Shown: in pieces, positions 1 to 6,659 of the stretch
Position numbering within the stretch: position 1 is the stretch's first letter
How the letters are laid out: every line of letters begins with the position of its first letter
Origin: a virus
Lineage: Duplodnaviria > Heunggongvirae > Uroviricota > Caudoviricetes
IMG/VR virus record: IMGVR_UViG_3300028601_000028
Coordinates: 1 to 17,877 of that record
Reading direction: 5' to 3' (one strand)
Length of the DNA: 17,877 bases
Translations under genes and position numbers: made by a program
The notes under the pieces: model-generated
What the model saw: the letters and a program-made list of their open reading frames with translations, nothing else
Database searches by the model: none
What the model was told of the DNA's origin: nothing

Positions 1-1
1 A

Positions 2-424
2 TATAATGGAATTTATGAAGAAGGTAAAAATAGTAAATTAACATATGATATTTATCAAAATTTCATATATAAAGATATTGATAAATTAATTAATAAATTT
101 AAGGATCAAAAGAATAAAAAAGGTGTTCAATATATTTTATCTGATAATAATGGAAACTATGATTATATTAAATATAATTTAAATAATAAAAAAATACATA
201 AATCTACTCCAATTTTAGATAAAAATAATAAAAAATTAAATAAAGTTGAAAGTAAAGATATTAAAGAAGGTGATATTATTATATATGGTAAAAATAATAG
301 AAAAGCTAAGATACAAAAAATAGAAAATATCGATGGTAGTGATATGGCAACATTAGTTTATATGGATAATAATGAAATAGTGGAACAACCAGTTGATATA
401 AATCTATTAAAAAAATTAAATTAA
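2..424 (+). CDS. Hypothetical protein, 5'-truncated by the window edge; possible C-terminal KOW/SH3-like barrel
   Basis: Frame 2 is open from base 2 to TAA at 422-424 (YNGIYEEGKNSK...DIKEGDIIIYGKNNRKAKIQKI...VDINLLKKLN*). The next ATG follows at 426. Absent from the ORF track because the start lies outside the window. Confidence 0.8.
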   Translation, partial: YNGIYEEGKNSKLTYDIYQNFIYKDIDKLINKFKDQKNKKGVQYILSDNNGNYDYIKYNLNNKKIHKSTPILDKNNKKLNKVESKDIKEGDIIIYGKNNRKAKIQKIENIDGSDMATLVYMDNNEIVEQPVDINLLKKLN

Positions 425-425
425 A

Positions 426-767
426 ATGAAAAATATAAAAACATATAAATTATTTATTGAAGGATATGAAGAAATTATGAAAGATATGGATTCTTCTGTT
501 GATATTAAACAAATTGAAAACGCCGAAAAAGAAATTCAAAAGTTAAAAGATAATATAGAGCAAAAAAATGAAGAACTAAAAATAAAACTTCAACAATTGG
601 AAGATTTCCAAGTTGATACATTAACAGATGATAATGTCGAAAAGATTGATAATAAAAAGAAAGAAATAGAAGAAACAATTGAGAAGATAAAGGATGATAT
701 AGAGAAACATAAAGAAACAATAGAAGTTTTTAAGAAAAAAATAGAAGATTTAAAATCAAATGAATAA
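426..767 (+). CDS. Coiled-coil protein with N-terminal capsid-targeting-like peptide; probable internal head or scaffold protein
   Basis: 113 aa, K/E-rich heptad pattern. N-terminus MKNIKTYKLFIE resembles the T4 IPII/IPIII targeting peptide MKTYQEFIAE. Confidence 0.7.
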   Translation: MKNIKTYKLFIEGYEEIMKDMDSSVDIKQIENAEKEIQKLKDNIEQKNEELKIKLQQLEDFQVDTLTDDNVEKIDNKKKEIEETIEKIKDDIEKHKETIEVFKKKIEDLKSNE

Positions 768-984
768 TAAGAAAAAGATACAAGAACAACGAATTAGAAA
801 CATCAAATCAAAATATTATTCAAGAATAAAAAGTTTATTCAATAAATCTCTAGGAAAAGATGGTGATGTTTTTTCTAAAATTGATGAAATAGATAATTTA
901 ATAAAAGAATGTGAGAAAGAAATTAGATTATATAAAAATGAACACCCATCACATATTCAAACATTTGAAAGTTTTACAAAATAA
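760..984 (+). CDS. Small basic helical protein with a targeting-like peptide at its C-terminus
   Basis: 74 aa. The ATG overlaps the upstream stop (ATGAATAA, 760-767). Ends ...PSHIQTFESFTK*. Confidence 0.65.
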   Translation: MNNKKKIQEQRIRNIKSKYYSRIKSLFNKSLGKDGDVFSKIDEIDNLIKECEKEIRLYKNEHPSHIQTFESFTK

Positions 985-993
985 TTTTTACAA

Positions 994-3399
994 ATGGCAT
1001 CTAAAATAGACCAAGCATTTATTGATAATTTACAAAACTTTACTAATGCACTAGAAGGTATTGTTGAATTATTAAAAGATCAGGCGGATAAAGGAGATTT
1101 GATAAATAAAATGGCTTCTGCTATGGATGGTGATAAAATATCCAAAATGACAGAAGATATTAAAAATATATTAGATGTATCTAAAAAAGTAGATGATAGG
1201 ACAAAAGAAATATTAAATGAAATTAAAGCAGCCAGAAAACAAAAGGAAACTGGTATGTTTGAAAAAATACAAGATAAAGATAATAAGAAAAAAATTGTTG
1301 ATGGTGTAGGAGTTATAATGTTAATTGCTGGTGGTGTTTTAGCAATTGGTATGGCTTTTAAAATAATAGGTAATATTGATTTCTTATCCGTAGTTGCATT
1401 AAGTGCTGGCATATTAATGATATCACATGCATTTGCTAAAATTGCAGAAATTAAAGAATTAACACCCAAAAAAGTTTTATATACTGGACTTGCTGTTATT
1501 GGTATTGCGGCTGCTGTAACGATATCTAGTTATATATTACAAAATTTTAAACCTATGAGTGGATTACAAATGTTCTCATTTGTTATTGTTAGTACTGCAT
1601 TAGGGGTGGGTGCATATTTTATAATGAAATCATTAAATTCTTTAAAATTAGATAGTCCAAAAGATATAGCAAAAATATTATTATTACCATTGATATTACC
1701 TGCTATTGCTGGTGGTATAGTATTATCTAGTTTATTATTAACGTATATGCAACCGGTTAGTTTTATGCAGGCAATATCAGCAATATTTGTCGGTGCTATA
1801 TTAGCTGTTGGTTCTATTGCTATAATGTTTATAATGAAAGCTACTAAAGGTGTTAATCCATTGCAAATGTTAATGACAACTGCATTAATCCCTTTAATTG
1901 CTGGTGGTATTGTATTATCTTCTATTATACTTCAATATTTTGAACCAATAAAGAACCCAATCGATCTTTTAATTGGTTCAGCAGTTATTGGTTTATCATT
2001 GTTGGCTTTTACTCCTACCGTATGGATATTAGGTAAATTGCCAATACAAGCAATGTTAATTGGATCATTAGGCGTTATTGTTGTATCAGCAGCTGTTATG
2101 ATTTCATCATGGGTATTAAGTGTTGGTAATTATAGTAAATATCCAGATTTAAAATGGGCATTAGGAGCAGGTTTAAGTGTATTATTATTTAGTTTACCTA
2201 TGTTTACATTGGGTATGTTGATGTTAAGTGGTGTTGGTGCAATTGCTTTAGCACTTGGTATAGGTGCAATTGGGATTGTATCCGCTGGTATAGTTTTAGC
2301 ATCTGAAATATTAAGAAAAGGTAAATATGATGTATATCCTGGTTTAAAATGGGCATCAGGTGCAGGTTTATCATTATTTGCTTTTGGTACAGGTATGGTT
2401 ATGTTAGGTTTAATACCATTTGCTGGTAAAATATTAAGTAGGGGTAATGAACAAGTACAAATGGTAGCAAATGCCATAAAAGATGTATCTTTTATTTTAG
2501 CTGGTGGTAATTATACGGGCGGTCCAACAAAAGAATGGGCAGAAGGTATTGGATTATCATTAAGTGCTTTTGCATATGCAGCGTCAGTATCAATGGAAGG
2601 TAAATCATTATTTTCATCTGGTAATTTAAATACTGATAAATTTAGAGAATTTATGGTATCTATTGCTAGTGGTATGATAGATGTTGCAAAAGTTTTAGGA
2701 AATTATGATTGGAATGATAAACACCCAAGTAAAGAATGGGCAGAAGGAGTTGCTACATCACTAGTTCCTTTTATAGATGCATATGATTCTATAAGTCAAA
2801 GAAAAAGAGCAAAAAATGAATCTTTTGGAATTTTAATGAAAGATATCGCAACATCTATGGTAGAAGTAGCAAATATTTTAAAAGGTGGTGATTTTACAGG
2901 TGGTCCTGATGAAAATTGGGCAAATGGTATATCAAAATCATTAAATGCATTTACCGAAAGTATAAGTAATATAGATGACAAAAAGGTTAAAGTTATTAAA
3001 AAGTTTTCAGACGCAATTAAAGACTTAGGTGAAAATATAAACAAATTAAATCAAAGAGGTATAGATAAACTTAATAATTTATCAACAAGTGTAAAAATTA
3101 TATCAGTTATTGATCAAAATAAATTAGATGAAGTATTAGATATATTAGAACAAAGAAAAAAAGAATTATCTAATATTATTGAAAATCAACCAAGAAATAT
3201 AGTAGATACAACAAAACAAAAAATAGCAGATATAATAAACCCAAAATCAGAATCAGAAGATAATTCTATATTAGAACAAGCTCAAATGAATAAAAAATTT
3301 GATATGATATTAGAAAAATTTGATATTCTATTAGAATTAATGACAAAACAAAATGCAGCATCTGATGTTGGATTAGAAGATGATGAACCTACTAAATAA
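994..3399 (+). CDS. Tape-measure-like protein
   Basis: 801 aa, predicted all-helical. Charged coiled-coil termini flank a long Ala/Gly/Ile/Leu-rich core with ~60-67-aa periodicity. No catalytic motifs seen. Same window as baseplate genes. Confidence 0.65.
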   Translation: MASKIDQAFIDNLQNFTNALEGIVELLKDQADKGDLINKMASAMDGDKISKMTEDIKNILDVSKKVDDRTKEILNEIKAARKQKETGMFEKIQDKDNKKKIVDGVGVIMLIAGGVLAIGMAFKIIGNIDFLSVVALSAGILMISHAFAKIAEIKELTPKKVLYTGLAVIGIAAAVTISSYILQNFKPMSGLQMFSFVIVSTALGVGAYFIMKSLNSLKLDSPKDIAKILLLPLILPAIAGGIVLSSLLLTYMQPVSFMQAISAIFVGAILAVGSIAIMFIMKATKGVNPLQMLMTTALIPLIAGGIVLSSIILQYFEPIKNPIDLLIGSAVIGLSLLAFTPTVWILGKLPIQAMLIGSLGVIVVSAAVMISSWVLSVGNYSKYPDLKWALGAGLSVLLFSLPMFTLGMLMLSGVGAIALALGIGAIGIVSAGIVLASEILRKGKYDVYPGLKWASGAGLSLFAFGTGMVMLGLIPFAGKILSRGNEQVQMVANAIKDVSFILAGGNYTGGPTKEWAEGIGLSLSAFAYAASVSMEGKSLFSSGNLNTDKFREFMVSIASGMIDVAKVLGNYDWNDKHPSKEWAEGVATSLVPFIDAYDSISQRKRAKNESFGILMKDIATSMVEVANILKGGDFTGGPDENWANGISKSLNAFTESISNIDDKKVKVIKKFSDAIKDLGENINKLNQRGIDKLNNLSTSVKIISVIDQNKLDEVLDILEQRKKELSNIIENQPRNIVDTTKQKIADIINPKSESEDNSILEQAQMNKKFDMILEKFDILLELMTKQNAASDVGLEDDEPTK
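1552..2919 (+). repeat. Degenerate ~60-67-aa protein repeats inside the tape-measure-like gene
   Basis: Pro-anchor codons at 1552, 1753, 1945, 2143, 2338, 2524, 2725 and 2905. The last five units carry P-x-x-x-W-A-x-G (Trp codons at 2155, 2350, 2536, 2737, 2917). Confidence 0.8.
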
Positions 3400-3424
3400 T
3401 TTTAAACTAAACCCATATTTTTAA

Positions 3425-3435
3425 ATATATAAATA
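3425..3435 (+). promoter_or_regulatory. Candidate late promoter ATATATAAATA
   Basis: Intergenic, with the ATATATA core 16 nt upstream of ATG 3448. Contains the T4 late-promoter octamer TATAAATA (3428-3435). AT-rich background lowers specificity. Confidence 0.45.
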
Positions 3436-3447
3436 AAAAAAATTCTT

Positions 3448-3909
3448 ATGCTTAAAAAGATAAAATATTTTTATTTATATCTAAAAATTTTAAATATAAA
3501 TAAAGATAAATTAAAAATAGAACATGATCTATCTATTGATTGGGTATATAGACTTTATAAAACTTATAATCTAACAGAAATAGATATAGAAAACACTAAA
3601 AGTTTAGGACCAAAATATTTTAATGATGTTTTAAAAAAAGAAATAAATAGAATAGATAAAACATTTATTGAAATAGGATTAAGTGAATTAATCGGATTAA
3701 TGGAAGTTATTGAACTTAATGATAATCAAGTAGGAATGGCATTTAGATTTAAATTTTTTAATACTGCTAAATTATTTAAAAGAATAATATGGTTATTGTT
3801 ATATTTAATTGGTGGATTAATTGGATTTTTATTTTTTTCATATTTGGGAATTGGGATTGGACTTTTATCAATTTTTATAATATACTTAATCACAATAATA
3901 TTTGTATAA
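3448..3909 (+). CDS. Hypothetical membrane protein with a C-terminal transmembrane hairpin
   Basis: 153 aa. C-terminal IIWLLLYLIGGLIGFLFFSYLGIGIGLLSIFIIYLITIIFV is long enough for two TM helices. Confidence 0.8.
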   Translation: MLKKIKYFYLYLKILNINKDKLKIEHDLSIDWVYRLYKTYNLTEIDIENTKSLGPKYFNDVLKKEINRIDKTFIEIGLSELIGLMEVIELNDNQVGMAFRFKFFNTAKLFKRIIWLLLYLIGGLIGFLFFSYLGIGIGLLSIFIIYLITIIFV

Positions 3910-3925
3910 AAAATAATTTAAATAT

Positions 3926-4345
3926 ATGATTAAAACAGACCAGTATTACGAACTAGATGATGAAATTATTGATTTTTTTAAAAAAATCGAACAAGAATTT
4001 GTGTTTGCGATTGACTTCAATTATACGTTTCAATCCAATAATAAACAGAAAAAATTAATACAAATAAAAAAGATACCAGATAATTATGCGGTTTTATTAA
4101 ATAGTGAGATATTAGTTACTGTAAATGATACTTTATTTGATAAATTAGATGAAGAAATAAAAACTATTTTATTTGAACAGGAAATAGATAAAATAATTCC
4201 AAATTTAGAAAAAGGTACATTTTCAATTACTCAACCTACTTTAAAAACATCAACAGGTATAGTTAAAAAACACACTTATGAAAAAGTCGAAAGAGCAAAT
4301 GAAGTAGAACGAATGTTAATCAAAGGATCAGATAAGGAAGAATAA
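3926..4345 (+). CDS. Phage metallopeptidase-like fold with a degenerate active-site motif
   Basis: 139 aa. EILVTVNDTLFDKLDEEIKTILFEQEIDKI follows the spacing of phage metallopeptidase-like proteins (..I.in...w..l.......ll.HEL.H), but the HExxH position reads QEIDK. Recognised by eye only. Confidence 0.45.
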   Translation: MIKTDQYYELDDEIIDFFKKIEQEFVFAIDFNYTFQSNNKQKKLIQIKKIPDNYAVLLNSEILVTVNDTLFDKLDEEIKTILFEQEIDKIIPNLEKGTFSITQPTLKTSTGIVKKHTYEKVERANEVERMLIKGSDKEE

Positions 4346-4370
4346 AAATTTTTAAAAAATAATTTAAAAT

Positions 4371-4588
4371 ATGATCAAAAAACAAATTGAGCAAAAATTA
4401 AGAAATTATTCACTAGTTAAGATATAACATTAATAATTGCTATAATGGCTTTGGGTATTAGTATATGGTCGCTATCCATATCATATAGTGTTAAAAAAGA
4501 ATTAAATTGGTTAAATAATAAACAAGATTATGTTATAGAAGGTTTAATGTTTAAAGATTTTAATATGGATAAAAAAAATAATGATTAA
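4371..4588 (+). pseudogene. Small single-TM ORF, apparently frameshifted or using an alternative start (ATG 4445 or ATA 4424)
   Basis: ATG 4371 reads MIKKQIEQKLRNYSLVKI* (TAA 4425-4427). An overlapping frame open from 4421 to 4588 reads DITLIIAIMALGISIWSLSISYSVKKELNW...KKNND*. This fills an otherwise empty 245-bp gap. Confidence 0.4.
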
Positions 4589-4590
4589 AT

Positions 4591-5412
4591 ATGAGTGAAG
4601 ATAAAAAATTTAAAGAAGTATTAGATAAAGCTAAAGAATTAGAAAATATAGACTTTAAAAAAGTTAAAGATTTTAATTATGATGAATATTATAAAACAAT
4701 TGAAGAAATAGCTAAGAAAAATAATACATTTAAAAATGAGGAAGCTGAAAATTTAATAAAAAATGACAATGGTGTATTATTAAATATTGACTTTTATAAT
4801 GAATTAAATAAAAAGAAAGAAACCATTTTAAATTTAATTAGAAAGTATGATCCAAATACAGATATTATTAAAAATATGTCTGAACATGATGTGGATAAAG
4901 TATATGCGATATCTAATTATTTAGTTAATTCATATATTCAATATTTAAATGAAATGACATTTAATTTTGAATTAAAAGTAGAAGAATTAAAATTTTTAAA
5001 TAAAATTTTAACAAATGTTATTGAATACAATGGTGATGATGTATTTAATTATGTTGAATTATATGAAAATTTTTGGCAACATGTTATGACTGAATATGAG
5101 TCTGATAAATCAAAAGATGTTTATGTTTTTAAAGTAAGTATTAAAAAAATATTAATTTTACATCATTTGATAAAGAATTATAAAGTTAGAGGAATAACAA
5201 ATGAATTTAAATATTTTAGAAATATTTTATATAAAATTGCACAAACAAATAAGTTATTTAATGCCTACAATATCATTGTAGAAAGAGTTAAAGATGATTG
5301 TAAATTATGGGGTATTGCTTTAGATGAAGTTCTTTCAAATAAACAGAAAGATAATAAAGTAGAAGATATAAAAGAAATAACAGATACAAAACAAGAAAAA
5401 AAGGAAGTTTAA
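4591..5412 (+). CDS. Hypothetical alpha-helical protein
   Basis: 273-aa ORF with codon usage like its neighbours, ending inside a terminator hairpin. No motif recognised. Confidence 0.85.
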   Translation: MSEDKKFKEVLDKAKELENIDFKKVKDFNYDEYYKTIEEIAKKNNTFKNEEAENLIKNDNGVLLNIDFYNELNKKKETILNLIRKYDPNTDIIKNMSEHDVDKVYAISNYLVNSYIQYLNEMTFNFELKVEELKFLNKILTNVIEYNGDDVFNYVELYENFWQHVMTEYESDKSKDVYVFKVSIKKILILHHLIKNYKVRGITNEFKYFRNILYKIAQTNKLFNAYNIIVERVKDDCKLWGIALDEVLSNKQKDNKVEDIKEITDTKQEKKEV

Positions 5413-5424
5413 AACTTCCTTTTT
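5398..5424. terminator. Bidirectional intrinsic terminator
   Basis: AAAAAGGAAGTT-TAA-AACTTCCTTTTT is a 12-bp perfect inverted repeat with A/T tracts on both sides, between convergent genes. Confidence 0.85.
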
Positions 5425-5438
5425 CTTTTAATACAAAA

Positions 5439-5833
5439 TTATTGTGATGATTTATATGTTTCTCCTAATACATAAGCACCAACAAACGGTGTTAATGCAC
5501 CGAAGTATGTTGATAAATCTATTAAAGGTAAAGGTTTTAATATTGAAAAAACACCAACAATAGTCCATAATAATATAACTATATATGTTAATATTTCTCT
5601 TTTTGATGAATTTCCTGATTTGAATACTGTTGTTTTATTAGATTTTCTAGCAGATTCTCCCCATACATAAGCAATAATAAAACCAGTTAATGATATAAAA
5701 TATACTGACAATGTTTTAAAATCATTTACACCATTAGTATTAAAATACATTAATGATGCAAAAAATATCCATAAAAATATAACTATAAAACCAAAAGTAA
5801 TCTTTTTGAATTTATTGGTATTGGTAAATTCAT
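5439..5833 (-). CDS. Four-TM membrane protein built from two tandem two-TM repeats (holin-like); true start lies upstream of the called ATG at 5750
   Basis: The frame stays open upstream of 5750 to 5861 and adds KKITFGFIVIFLWIFFASL. This aligns with the second half KREILTYIVILLWTIVGV. The repeat ends also align: FISLTGFIIAYVWGESARKS vs FGALTPFVGAYVLGETYKSS. The ATG at 5833 is one base out of frame. Confidence 0.7.
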
Positions 5834-6157
5834 TTATGATTTTAATTTTTTTAAAATATATTTAACATCATATTCTTTAACTTCATGTTCATTTGTATCC
5901 TTATTTATAATATCTAATAATACTAAATTACCCTTTAACCCAATTATTTGACCTGTTATACCATCAATTTCAATGAATTTACTTGATCTTAAAATATCAT
6001 AAGGGTTTCTCATAGATTTATTAGGTAAATTATTAAACATTGGTTTATTTTTATCATCCTTTGTTCCTTTTATATGATCATCATTAAAATCATTTAAATT
6101 TAAAATATCTTTATTATTTTTTGATTCATTTAAGAAATCATTAAATTTTTTAATCAT
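5834..6157 (-). CDS. Capsid-targeting-tagged hypothetical protein; possible C-terminal SH3-like barrel
   Basis: Start reassigned from 6190 to the ATG at 6157 (MIKKFNDFLNE-SK...), which removes the overlap with the upstream gene and puts the shared tag at the N-terminus. 107 aa. Confidence 0.75.
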   Translation of the reverse strand: MIKKFNDFLNESKNNKDILNLNDFNDDHIKGTKDDKNKPMFNNLPNKSMRNPYDILRSSKFIEIDGITGQIIGLKGNLVLLDIINKDTNEHEVKEYDVKYILKKLKS

Positions 6158-6160
6158 TTT
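6125..6160. repeat. 36-bp perfect direct repeat, copy 1 (encodes MIKKFNDFLNE on the minus strand)
   Basis: TTCATTTAAGAAATCATTAAATTTTTTAATCATTTT is identical to 6609-6644 (offset 484 bp). The flanking bases differ on both sides. Confidence 0.95.
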
Positions 6161-6164
6161 TGTA

Positions 6165-6641
6165 TTATTCTTTTTTAGATAATTCATCATAAATGGAATT
6201 GATTAAATTATTAATAGATTTATCAGATATATTTGTAGTAAAATTAACTAATGATTTAATTAAATTTATAATTTTATTTATATCTTTTGTATCCAAATAA
6301 TAATTGTATATATTTGTATCTTTCCATATATAACTTTTATTATTCTTTATATTATAAAGACTAAAAGATATTAATTGTTGTCTATGACCTGTATATATAT
6401 CAAATGAAAAATGAACATTATATCCATCTTCTTTTACATTTATTATTGGTTTTACTATTATTTCAGCATCTATTTCTTGAATACCTGATGATGTTTTATA
6501 ATAAACCTTAATATCTTTATCAGGTAAAATATCATCAATGACTTCAACTATTCTTTTTTGGTATTCATTTTCACCTTTTTTGAAATCAATGGGTTCATGT
6601 ATATTTTTTTCATTTAAGAAATCATTAAATTTTTTAATCAT
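6165..6641 (-). CDS. Capsid-targeting-tagged hypothetical protein
   Basis: 158 aa starting MIKKFNDFLNE-KN. The rest shows no similarity to the neighbour carrying the same tag. Confidence 0.8.
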   Translation of the reverse strand: MIKKFNDFLNEKNIHEPIDFKKGENEYQKRIVEVIDDILPDKDIKVYYKTSSGIQEIDAEIIVKPIINVKEDGYNVHFSFDIYTGHRQQLISFSLYNIKNNKSYIWKDTNIYNYYLDTKDINKIINLIKSLVNFTTNISDKSINNLINSIYDELSKKE

Positions 6642-6644
6642 TTT
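6609..6644. repeat. 36-bp perfect direct repeat, copy 2
   Basis: Identical to 6125-6160. Confidence 0.95.
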
Positions 6645-6659
6645 AGTTATTTTTATTTT

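Noticed and set aside
505-3044. Antisense ORFs 505..720, 1080..1469, 2130..2477 and 2796..3044
   Set aside because: Each lies fully inside a longer plus-strand gene with coherent protein features. They are typical reverse-frame shadows.
994-3399. Membrane transporter instead of tape measure
   Set aside because: No transporter signature was found. Long coiled-coil termini, regular repeats grading into amphipathic helices, and the virion-gene context fit a tape-measure protein better, though this is not proven.
6158-6190. Longer start (MMNYLKKNNTK) for the 5834 gene as given in the ORF track
   Set aside because: It overlaps the upstream gene by 26 bp. The ATG at 6157 lies within the 36-bp repeat and matches the start of the neighbouring tagged gene.
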